From a virus, in IMG/VR virus record IMGVR_UViG_3300009159_008968, positions 71,410-135,409 of that record: a stretch of DNA of 64,000 nucleotides; one strand, written 5' to 3'. Below, one piece after another: positions 44,101 to 52,363 of the stretch (the first letter of the stretch is position 1; each line of letters starts with the position of its first letter). Below the pieces are notes generated by a model, which did no database searches, was not told the origin of the DNA, and saw nothing but the letters and a program-made list of their open reading frames with translations. The translations under genes were made by a program, and so were the position numbers.

Positions 44101-45363
44101 GGCGAAGGAGCGACTTTTGATGTAGAAGTTGTAGGCGGGGAGGTTGTAGGTGTCAGTGGAAACACTGAAGGTATACTGTATTTAACAGGGGATTCAATAA
44201 CAATAAACAGCAACCCAATGGGTGGGTCAATAAATGAATTTTCAACCAGTAATTTAACGGTAAAGGTCTACAAACCTGCGAACGGCGGTGCTGGTAACCA
44301 AGCACAAATGGATAACTTGATAGCCAACAGTCCGCTTTTTGACACGTATTATTCAACAAACATTCAGCGTGTTTCATACAGTACACACACCGGGGTGAAT
44401 CAGGACAATTATGTAATGGAAATAGATGGTTACATAAAGATACCTGCTAACAATACATATTATTTCGGCTTGAGTAGTGATGATGCCTCGGACGCATTTA
44501 TTAATGGAATAAAAGTTGCCGATTGGTACGGCAGTCACCCGGATAACGGAAACACGGCAGCAGGAAACAGGTATCCCATAACATTAACCGCCGGAACATA
44601 TTCTGTAAAAGTCAGATTGCAAGAAGGTGGCGGAGGAGATATCGTAAGTTTGTTGTATAGTTATAATAATTCCAATTGGAACATAATACCTGACAATTGG
44701 TTTGCGTATAACCAAACAGGCACCACCGGCGTGTATGCCAATGTCGTGGCAACGGGAACCGGTTCGGGTGAAAATGCAACGTTTGATATTACTGTTGTAG
44801 ATAATTTGGTTACTGATATTGAATTGAATAACGCAGGTTCTGGTTATCTGATTGGGGAAGAATTGGTGATATCCGGTAGTTCATTGGGTAGTGCTGATGA
44901 TATAACATTATCTATCAGCTCAATTTATCCTGATGAAATTGTAATTAATGTTACTGGGGTTACATCAGCATCTTTGTTTTATGAACATTATACCAAGCAA
45001 ATTTTTGAAAAAAGATTAGGTAATAAAAGAGTTTCATATTATGACGAAGAAGATGTATTAAACATTGATTCGATATATGAGGCTTCAGGTTATATTCCGG
45101 TATATAGCCAATCATTAACATTCCCTATTCCTTACGCTAGTTTTGAATTTTGGTGTGATGGTGGATATGCTAACAATGGTGGTAGTACTAATCAAACTGT
45201 GACTAATTCACAAGAGTTGGTGACTTTGTTCAACAATAACTTTAGACAATTTGGGTATTTCTTTGATAATAATGATGGAACTATTGGCTTATATATAAAG
45301 CCGTCATTAAAACAACAATATTGTCCAAGCGGGACATATACAATATTTGTATTTGAAGATTAA
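41179..45363 (+). CDS. Long tail fibre/adhesin 1 (Asn-rich beta-helix repeats plus PA14 domain)
   Basis: MALILRSVKGSKLTISEMDGNL start, many NxIGxxFxxN repeats, PA14 motifs GYIKIP..TYYFGLSSDD and LTAGTY..KVRLQEGGG. Confidence 0.75.
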   Translation: MALILRSVKGSKLTISEMDGNLTYLQSLALSGSSGGGGGAGAIPVTYSQLVDKITGQTLTAGTTYIITDFKTCYDVPEYYVDGDPKGSDAVDYRQQGSIKPIVVFATSTGTISSTAYQPAYPNDRIQYDWTWNTTEITSSAAYGRITERIDEFNNRTDYDHRNISFNRFQSYDKGSQLTGTIYALYSPSTLIGQNTKFLSEVNPGDILLIDGYQFGGIGVKVVSAATDTQLTIVTDPTFGGIPFCGNTYTFYTAVGTENFNEYKEVYVGQKNEGDWDDVQTFNLNGSALHNYVGDYSKFYLEDNLSNSGFLLANNVFYDNSGIYSNTIGDRSYNNTARYWFLRNTIAGRFYNNVIHRNGFYSNDIGEYFNDNIIKNQMYNNTINEGFNENVIYSEFYDNVIGNYFNGNVIYSEFYENQIGLYFDSNTISNYGNVNNYNFYRNKIGNNFENNNIRQTFQNNQIGNQFNNNTANGDFYKNVIGNGFNENYNIGDDFYGNHIGNGFNNNPLIGDNFQDNRIGEYFNNNSVSYNFNNNQIGNTFEENTLGDTQYFNWDNTGIENLTARTYNTFYNSLDGNVGNVILGKELIMHFYRDSGTTQSNDTLVVGETYEITNVAFVGGDFSNVADVIDGIINEVGCVFIATGTTPTSWCGITVTELTVYNEYHKVKFTQWTQNNNGGGFSYERTKVYPSVESTVYFTKLNYSNLVDIVVPSRLEIKRGNNQAIYNDAIENDWNENVSPEGTEWNSIYTQSNNGSNFEDNTIFNEFKGNYIRNDFQINTIGSYVGSNQFSGDTYQNEIGSYTFDNDFLGYMSNNSWMNNFNNNTFGYNLNNNKFNSSITFNRVGNDFFNNKIENYFQENTIGIYFQNNEIGSFFSNNTIDDNFGFGYADPQGNKIGNNFYDNTVGEYFYNNSIPDNFRYNTIGPYFQWNVINTKIDYTDFTVNYGNITGFSYTTIGNTAIDGVYSGLTGTTTDIGEGATFDVEVVGGEVVGVSGNTEGILYLTGDSITINSNPMGGSINEFSTSNLTVKVYKPANGGAGNQAQMDNLIANSPLFDTYYSTNIQRVSYSTHTGVNQDNYVMEIDGYIKIPANNTYYFGLSSDDASDAFINGIKVADWYGSHPDNGNTAAGNRYPITLTAGTYSVKVRLQEGGGGDIVSLLYSYNNSNWNIIPDNWFAYNQTGTTGVYANVVATGTGSGENATFDITVVDNLVTDIELNNAGSGYLIGEELVISGSSLGSADDITLSISSIYPDEIVINVTGVTSASLFYEHYTKQIFEKRLGNKRVSYYDEEDVLNIDSIYEASGYIPVYSQSLTFPIPYASFEFWCDGGYANNGGSTNQTVTNSQELVTLFNNNFRQFGYFFDNNDGTIGLYIKPSLKQQYCPSGTYTIFVFED

Positions 45364-45377
45364 AAAATAAAAAAATT

Positions 45378-45665
45378 ATGAGAATCTGCATATTATGCGA
45401 AGAGTCTAAAGTACTTCAAGCAAGAGAAAAAATGAAAAATGATAATATCTTAAGAATAGATTTATCACCGACAGGGGAATTGCCTGCAACTCATAAATTA
45501 TGTGTTATGGCGGTTACTGAAGAAAAAGCGAAACAGATGATAGATTCTGCTGAACTAACAATAATTGAGGTAATGAACCCAAAAGAATTTTTGGAAAAAC
45601 ACAATCTAAAGAAAATTGGTAATTATAGTGGAATTGTTGGCAGTACAAAAGATAAACTTTTTTAA
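45378..45665 (+). CDS. Small fibre-associated protein, copy 1
   Basis: Near-identical to 49636..49902 over about 82 aa. Confidence 0.65.
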   Translation: MRICILCEESKVLQAREKMKNDNILRIDLSPTGELPATHKLCVMAVTEEKAKQMIDSAELTIIEVMNPKEFLEKHNLKKIGNYSGIVGSTKDKLF

Positions 45666-45681
45666 TAAAAAAAAATAAAAA

Positions 45682-48474
45682 ATGAGTAAAATAAAATATA
45701 TAATAGATAATCATAATCAAACTTTGAGTAGTCAAAGTGTATATGGTAATTTATCAGCTACAACATTCTATGGTGATGGTAGTCATTTAACTGGTATTGT
45801 TGCAGGTGCTGGTGCTATTCCAATAGCTTATAGTGAACTTGTTGATAATATAAATTCTTCAGTATTAACAGCAGGAGCTACCTATATAATAACAGATTTC
45901 CAAACTTGTTATGATGTTCCTGAATATTATGTAAACGGACAACCTAAAGGAAGTTTAGATATTGATTATAGACAGAGCAATGTTGAACCTATCGTTGTTT
46001 TTGCTACAAGTGCTAACACAATTAGTTCAACCGCATATCAACCGGCATATCCGAACGATAGGATCCAATATGATTGGACATTTAGCTCAACCCCAAATAC
46101 AGGTAATGATGCGTTTGGTAGAATAACAGAAAGAATTGATGAGTTTAACAATAGAACTGATTATGATCACAGAAACATCTCTTTTAATAGATTTAGGTCA
46201 TATAATAAAGGATCTCAATTAACGGGAGTTATAGATAGTTATGATTCCTCAACGGGTGTAATAACAGGTAATGGAACCTTGTTTTTAAGTGAAGTAGAAA
46301 TCGGGGATATATTATTTTTTGAATATCAAGGTAATATGATTGGTGTTAAGGTCACTAGCGGCAGTTCAAATACTTTAATAATTGTTGTTGTCGACCCGTC
46401 ATTCGGAAGTACAATAAATTTTACAGGAGAACTTATTCCTTTTTACTCCTCAACATCAACAGGTAATTACTACGAATATAAAGAAGTTTATGTTGGACAA
46501 AAAATATCGGAGGATTGGAATGATTATTTAACTTTTAATTTAGATGGAAGTGCGATACACAACTATGTTGGTGATTATTCTAAATTTTATCTTAATGAAA
46601 TTGGAAGTAACTCAGGATTTTTATTAGCTAATAATGTGTTTTATGGTAATAGAACCTATTCAAACACTATTGGTGACAGATCTTATAACAATACAGGAAC
46701 GTATTGGTTTTCAAGAAACACAATTGCCGGTAGATTTTATAATAATGTAATTTATAATAATGGTTTTTATAGTAATAGTATTGGTGAATATTTTAACAAT
46801 AATATTGTTAAATCCTCTGTGTATGGAAATGTAATTAAACAAGGGTTTGAAGGAAATGAAATTTATTCACAATTTTATGATAACGACATTGATAATGGTT
46901 TTTATAATAATAAAATTTATTCATCATTTTATCAGAATAAAATAGGATTATATTTTGAGTTAAATAACATTACTCAGCAATTCTATAGAAATGAAATTGG
47001 TTATGGGTTTAATAATAATCAAATAAGCGGGGAAACGTATACAAATAGAATAGGTGAGCAATTTGAGAATAATACAATATATAGTTCTTTTTACGATAAC
47101 CAAATATTCAATGAATTTAAGGGCAATATAACGTATCAGAGTTTTTATGAAAATAGATTAGATTGGGGATTTGGAGGAAATCAATTTAGTGGGTCTTGTG
47201 CGGGTAACTCATTTGGACCTAGTATTGATAGTAATGACTTTTTGGGTTCTGTTTATGTAAATATATTTAAAGGTGGTGTTTATCAAAACACTTTTGGTGA
47301 TAATTTTACCGATAACAATATCGGTTTTGGTTTTAATAATAACACAATAGGTGAAAATTTTGGTTACGGCGGTTCATCACCACAAGGTAATATCATAGGT
47401 AATAATTTTTATAATAATACAATAGGAGAATATTTCTATAACAACTCGATTGCAGACAATTTCAAAAATAACGAAGTAGGTAATTATTTTCAATGGAATG
47501 TAATTAATGCAAATATAGATCACACTTATTTTACACTTAATTACGGAAACATCACAGGATTTAGTTATACCACAATAGGAAGAACTGCTACTGATGATAT
47601 TTATACAAATTTATCAGTAACTACAAATGGTGGTGGTACTGCTGCCACTTTTAACGTTGAGGTTTCAGGTGGAACAGTAATTGGTGTCAGTGGAAATACT
47701 GAAGGTAGGTTATATTCTAGTGGTAATACATTAACAATGCTTGGAACTCAAATTGATGGTGTAACAACATCAGGTGGTATTATATATGGATTTTCAAGTG
47801 ATGGTATAGGTAAAAATGGTTCCTATGGAGTTTATAATAATTTACCAGCAACTGGAGGCACTGGTACAGATGCAACGTTTAATGTTTCAGTTTCAACTAC
47901 ATTTAATTTAGTTTATGAAATTACACTAAATAATCCCGGTAGTGGATATACATTAAATGATGAATTAGTAATAGTTGGTAGTTTATTTGGTGGTGTTGAT
48001 GGTGTTGATGACATCACAATAACCGTTAGCACACTTTATTCTGATGATATAACAATTACTGTTACGGGCGTTACATCAGCTTCTTTGTTTTATGAAAATT
48101 ACACTAAGCAAATTTTTGAAAGAAGATTAGGTGATAAGAGAATTTTATTTTATGATGAAGATGATGTATTAAATATTGATTCGGTATATATAATTTCTGG
48201 TTATATTCCAGTATATAGTCAAAATCTAACATTCCCTTATACTTATACAAGTTTTGATTTTTGGTGTGACGGTGGATATGTTAATGGTGGTGGTACTACT
48301 AATCAAACTGTGACTAATTCACAAGAGTTGGTGACCTTATTCAACAATAACTTTAGACAATTTGGGTATTTCTTTGATAGTAATGATGGAAAAATTGGTT
48401 TATATATAGATCCTATATTAAAACAAATTAATTGTCCAAGTGGAACATATACAATAAATGTATTTAATGATTAA
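45682..48474 (+). CDS. Long tail fibre/adhesin 2, paralog of fibre 1 without PA14
   Basis: Shares the N-terminal third, the Asn repeats and the C-terminal module with 41179..45363. Confidence 0.75.
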   Translation: MSKIKYIIDNHNQTLSSQSVYGNLSATTFYGDGSHLTGIVAGAGAIPIAYSELVDNINSSVLTAGATYIITDFQTCYDVPEYYVNGQPKGSLDIDYRQSNVEPIVVFATSANTISSTAYQPAYPNDRIQYDWTFSSTPNTGNDAFGRITERIDEFNNRTDYDHRNISFNRFRSYNKGSQLTGVIDSYDSSTGVITGNGTLFLSEVEIGDILFFEYQGNMIGVKVTSGSSNTLIIVVVDPSFGSTINFTGELIPFYSSTSTGNYYEYKEVYVGQKISEDWNDYLTFNLDGSAIHNYVGDYSKFYLNEIGSNSGFLLANNVFYGNRTYSNTIGDRSYNNTGTYWFSRNTIAGRFYNNVIYNNGFYSNSIGEYFNNNIVKSSVYGNVIKQGFEGNEIYSQFYDNDIDNGFYNNKIYSSFYQNKIGLYFELNNITQQFYRNEIGYGFNNNQISGETYTNRIGEQFENNTIYSSFYDNQIFNEFKGNITYQSFYENRLDWGFGGNQFSGSCAGNSFGPSIDSNDFLGSVYVNIFKGGVYQNTFGDNFTDNNIGFGFNNNTIGENFGYGGSSPQGNIIGNNFYNNTIGEYFYNNSIADNFKNNEVGNYFQWNVINANIDHTYFTLNYGNITGFSYTTIGRTATDDIYTNLSVTTNGGGTAATFNVEVSGGTVIGVSGNTEGRLYSSGNTLTMLGTQIDGVTTSGGIIYGFSSDGIGKNGSYGVYNNLPATGGTGTDATFNVSVSTTFNLVYEITLNNPGSGYTLNDELVIVGSLFGGVDGVDDITITVSTLYSDDITITVTGVTSASLFYENYTKQIFERRLGDKRILFYDEDDVLNIDSVYIISGYIPVYSQNLTFPYTYTSFDFWCDGGYVNGGGTTNQTVTNSQELVTLFNNNFRQFGYFFDSNDGKIGLYIDPILKQINCPSGTYTINVFND

Positions 48475-48506
48475 AAGAGTAGAGGTGTAATAATTCAGAT
48501 ACAAAA

Positions 48507-48875
48507 TCAATTATTTTTTTGTTTTAATTTTTTATATCCTATTTTTAATTCAGATAATTTCTTATCAAAGAATTTATCTTGTAATTTTTTTTTACATATC
48601 ATTCTTTGATAATTACAGGTATCTACAAAACTAGCTAATACCTCATCTGTTTTTGCTTTATTTACTGCGTCAAACGTTACTTTGTTTGAATGTTTTAAAT
48701 TTATATATTCTTGAGATGCAATGATCTCATTAAATTTTTCAAATCCCAATTGATTAATTAAATCATTTTTAATAATGTCAATTATATTTTTAACAGCATC
48801 ATTTATTTCTAATTTTATATCTAAAATTGATAGATAATCAAAAGCGTATGCTTCATCAACACTTATTTTTATCAT
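48507..48875 (-). CDS. Hypothetical protein (DUF6165-like start ISVDEAYAFDYLSILDIK)
   Basis: 122-aa helical ORF coupled to 48872..49597. Confidence 0.55.
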   Translation of the reverse strand: MIKISVDEAYAFDYLSILDIKLEINDAVKNIIDIIKNDLINQLGFEKFNEIIASQEYINLKHSNKVTFDAVNKAKTDEVLASFVDTCNYQRMICKKKLQDKFFDKKLSELKIGYKKLKQKNN

Positions 48876-49597
48876 AGTATAATTTCAAATTTATTTAAAC
48901 CTTCTGGGAAGAAAAATGAATGATTATATTCTTTTCTAACATATTTGTGAAAAAATATTTTTGGTTTATCCATTTTAATGCTGTTTACTAAATTCTTTAT
49001 ACTAGATTCCATTAAATGAACTTCTTCAGCATTTTCAATTAAAGTAAGTAAGTCAAATACATTATATTCAATAGGGTTTTCAATAATTTTTAAATCATTT
49101 CTTATTTTATTTTTATCTACATTATGAACAAAAATATATTTTTCACTGTTTGGATTTAGGATTTTACAAATATCATTTTCTAATAAATAATTTCTTTCTA
49201 AAAAAAAGTTATCAAATCTTATATTAAATGGTACTTTTAACATCTTATAATATAGTTTATCAAATGTTTCACATTCAAAATTTTTCATAAGGTCAAAATA
49301 GTTAATACGTTTAAAAATTATATTATTTAAATCAATTCTTTCTAATCCGTAACATAAGTTTGTTAGAATTAAATCATTTTGTAGGTTATTTTCTAAAATG
49401 TAATTTTGAGTTAATTTATCATCGCCAATAGCTAAAATTTTAATGTTTTCATCATCTCTAAACATATATTTTACATTGTCATAGCATTGTGGTATACAAA
49501 ATAGAGAAACGCAGCCTTCTATCTCTTTAATGTGTCTAACTAAACCATTACAGATTATATGATCACCTAGACCTAGGCTGTGATAAATATATTTCAT
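48872..49597 (-). CDS. Glycosyltransferase-like protein
   Basis: YHSLGLGDHIICNGLVR start and LIENAEEVHLMESS motif, GT-B-like. Confidence 0.55.
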   Translation of the reverse strand: MKYIYHSLGLGDHIICNGLVRHIKEIEGCVSLFCIPQCYDNVKYMFRDDENIKILAIGDDKLTQNYILENNLQNDLILTNLCYGLERIDLNNIIFKRINYFDLMKNFECETFDKLYYKMLKVPFNIRFDNFFLERNYLLENDICKILNPNSEKYIFVHNVDKNKIRNDLKIIENPIEYNVFDLLTLIENAEEVHLMESSIKNLVNSIKMDKPKIFFHKYVRKEYNHSFFFPEGLNKFEIIL

Positions 49598-49635
49598 GAT
49601 ATTTATATTTTTATAAATATGAAAATATAAACAAT

Positions 49636-49902
49636 ATGAGAATCTGCATATTATGCGAAGAGTCTAAAGTGCTTCAAGCAAGAGAGAAAATGAAAAACGA
49701 TAACATCTTGAAAATAGATTTGTCACCAACGGGGGAATTGCCTGCAACCCATAAATTATGTGTCATGGCCGTAACCGAAGAAAAGGCAAAACAACTCATG
49801 GATTCGGCTGAATTAACAATAATTGAAGCGATGAATCCAAGTGAATTTTTGGAAAAACATAACTTAAAGAAAATTGGAAAATACGGATTTGGAAACTTAT
49901 AA
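49636..49902 (+). CDS. Small fibre-associated protein, copy 2
   Basis: Paralog of 45378..45665 with a different C-terminus. Confidence 0.65.
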   Translation: MRICILCEESKVLQAREKMKNDNILKIDLSPTGELPATHKLCVMAVTEEKAKQLMDSAELTIIEAMNPSEFLEKHNLKKIGKYGFGNL

Positions 49903-50509
49903 AATAAAAAAAAATTTCATCTCAAAAGATGAAGTCAACCAAATAGTAAATTGGATTGATTCTGTTGATCATATCGGTAATGATAGCAATCATCACCTAA
50001 CAGAACTATCTAAGACACTAAATGGTAAATCTTATATTTTTGATATTTCCAACACATCTTTAACAAATTATATTACAAAATTTCAATCAATTTCTAATGT
50101 ATCTCATGATCTATTACCTGAGTTTATTCATGAAATAATTGATAGAATATCTAAAGAATTTAATTTCTCAAAAGATAATATATTTCTTCAGGTAGTAGAT
50201 ATGAATAAAGGTGGAAAAATTAATCCACATTATGATGCAGCAGTTGATGGTTATGTTAATTATAAATGTAACATAAGTGTTCTATCTGAAGATTATGATT
50301 TTTTTATAGATAAAGAATCAATTAAAATTCAACAAACTGACATTTATGGATTTGAAGCTTCTTTATATAAACATTGGACAAACGAATTTAATTCAAGAAG
50401 AGTTTTTTTAAGTTTTGGATTTGTTTTACCCTATGAAATTTTAAAAAGAACTGAAAATGATCCAAGAGTGAGATTAAGTAAAAGAATTGAAAAATACTTT
50501 CAAAAATAA
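49874..50509 (+). CDS. 2-oxoglutarate/Fe(II) oxygenase
   Basis: KINPHYDA (HxD), distal YKHWT, RRVFLSFGF; TTG start inside the previous gene. Confidence 0.75.
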   Translation: MENTDLETYKIKKNFISKDEVNQIVNWIDSVDHIGNDSNHHLTELSKTLNGKSYIFDISNTSLTNYITKFQSISNVSHDLLPEFIHEIIDRISKEFNFSKDNIFLQVVDMNKGGKINPHYDAAVDGYVNYKCNISVLSEDYDFFIDKESIKIQQTDIYGFEASLYKHWTNEFNSRRVFLSFGFVLPYEILKRTENDPRVRLSKRIEKYFQK

Positions 50510-50531
50510 AATATTTATTAAACAAAACAAA

Positions 50532-51767
50532 ATGTCAACAAAATATATTGTAAATGATTTAATAGGTCAAACCATTTCAGGTGACCTAACAATCAACGGA
50601 AACATAATCGTTACTGGAACATCAAATAATAATGGTGTGTACAGAGCATTATTAACTCAAACAGGTCCTATTACAGGGACTAGTTTATCCGATTTTGATT
50701 ATGGTTTGATTGTTGGTGAAACATATACTATTACAAATTATGTGATTGATGATGATTTCAGTAATATTGCTGACGTTCAAAGTGGAGGAACTCTTATTTT
50801 TGATTATGTTGGGACTGCAATAGGTTATGGAGGGGTTAATGGTGTTACAGGAACAACAAGTGGTTTGGGTAGCGGGGCAACTTTCAATGTTGGCTGGTGT
50901 GGTACAACATATAATTCGGTTACTGTTGTATCTAGTGGGGTTGATTACGTTGTAGGAGATACAATAACAATATTAGGAACAGATGTTAGTGGTAGTACGC
51001 CCGAAAATAATATAACAATAACTGTTACTGATTTAACACCAACTGAAACGGGTTGTGTGTTTATTGCAACAGGTCAAACTCCAAACTATTGGGGTAATAA
51101 TTCTGAATTAGTATCGGATGGTGGTTTAATTGTTGATGTTTTAGAAAATAATTTTGGATATGAACTTTTTTGGATTCAAACCCCGTTTGGGGGTGATGGT
51201 TACTATATTGCCATTAATAGTATTGCCATTAATAATATCACAGGACCAATTTATAATTCTTTTCAAAGAGATAAAATAGAAGTAATTACACCACTTAAAT
51301 CTCCTTTTTATTATGGAGGAGGTCCTTCATTTCCTTCATTTATTGTTCCGGGTATTAGTTCTTTTATTAATAAAGATTCATTTATTTTTATAGACGTATA
51401 TGATTTTATGGGCGGACTTTCAAATGATTTATTATACTATACCCCTATTGAAATTAAAATTAACCAAGGCCCACTAACCCCTGTAATTGCATATGGTTTA
51501 AATGTTAGTTTATTCCCTTATAGTAACATATCTATTGATGTTATTGCGGGAGAAAACTACGTTCAAGCTTTTTATGGTGATAATGTGTTGGTTAATAACA
51601 TTAATGAGTTAGTTATCGCATTAAATAATGATACAACCATTAATTATCTCGGTACTTTTTCAGTAAATGATGGTGTTGAGAATGGTATCATATTAACAAC
51701 AACTGAAAGAATAAAAAATCAGTTTTCGCCTAACAATACATTAACTTTTGAAGTCTTTAATGATTAA
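50532..51767 (+). CDS. Virion protein built from modules shared with fibres 1 and 2
   Basis: VGETYTITN..DFSNIADV, GCVFIATG.TP..W, ATFNV module and C-terminal ELV..LNN..VFND; start at ATG 50532 after TATTTAT. Confidence 0.7.
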   Translation: MSTKYIVNDLIGQTISGDLTINGNIIVTGTSNNNGVYRALLTQTGPITGTSLSDFDYGLIVGETYTITNYVIDDDFSNIADVQSGGTLIFDYVGTAIGYGGVNGVTGTTSGLGSGATFNVGWCGTTYNSVTVVSSGVDYVVGDTITILGTDVSGSTPENNITITVTDLTPTETGCVFIATGQTPNYWGNNSELVSDGGLIVDVLENNFGYELFWIQTPFGGDGYYIAINSIAINNITGPIYNSFQRDKIEVITPLKSPFYYGGGPSFPSFIVPGISSFINKDSFIFIDVYDFMGGLSNDLLYYTPIEIKINQGPLTPVIAYGLNVSLFPYSNISIDVIAGENYVQAFYGDNVLVNNINELVIALNNDTTINYLGTFSVNDGVENGIILTTTERIKNQFSPNNTLTFEVFND

Positions 51768-51786
51768 TTATAAAAAATAAAAAAAA

Positions 51787-52026
51787 ATGGTAAAATATAT
51801 AAAAAGAACAACAGATAATAAGTATCTAAAATCAGTTGAAAATGAAATTTGGGTTGATAATATAAAAGATGCATATGAAATGAGTTACAGGGAATGTGAA
51901 GAAGCTAAAACTGCATTAAATGGCGTTTTTTTACCTGAACAATTAAAAGAAATTGTTAATATGAATAAAAGTAAACCAATTTCTGAAGAAGAAAAACAAG
52001 AACTTCTTAATTTATTAAGAAAATAA
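51787..52026 (+). CDS. Small hypothetical protein
   Basis: 79-aa ORF. Confidence 0.55.
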   Translation: MVKYIKRTTDNKYLKSVENEIWVDNIKDAYEMSYRECEEAKTALNGVFLPEQLKEIVNMNKSKPISEEEKQELLNLLRK

Positions 52027-52096
52027 TCTCGATAAAAATTATTTTTTTCTGAGTTTGAAAAAATATTTACTATTTATTTTAAATTGATCAACAAAA

Positions 52097-52339
52097 GTGA
52101 AGGCTAAAAATATATCAGGGAGGAGAATAAAAGTTGAATATGGGTTTAATACGATCAGAAAAAGAGAACTTTTAAATCCAGAACAAATAATAGAAATTGA
52201 TCAATTTGATTATGAATACTTGAATAAATTAGGAGTATTTGTAATGGGAGAAATGATAATAATTGAGGAACCAAATTCAATAGATAAAATGGCTCAAGCA
52301 AAATTAGATGCTGAACAATACATAAATCAAAAAAAATAA
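52097..52339 (+). CDS. Small protein preceding the tail sheath
   Basis: 80-aa ORF, GTG start, TATTTAT at 52071..52077. Confidence 0.55.
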   Translation: MKAKNISGRRIKVEYGFNTIRKRELLNPEQIIEIDQFDYEYLNKLGVFVMGEMIIIEEPNSIDKMAQAKLDAEQYINQKK

Positions 52340-52363
52340 ACAAAAAATAAAAAATATAAATAA

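Noticed and set aside
41179-48474. Diversity-generating retroelement TR/VR pair in the fibre C-termini
   Set aside because: Differences between the similar segments are not adenine-specific, both copies are coding, and no reverse transcriptase is present in the window.
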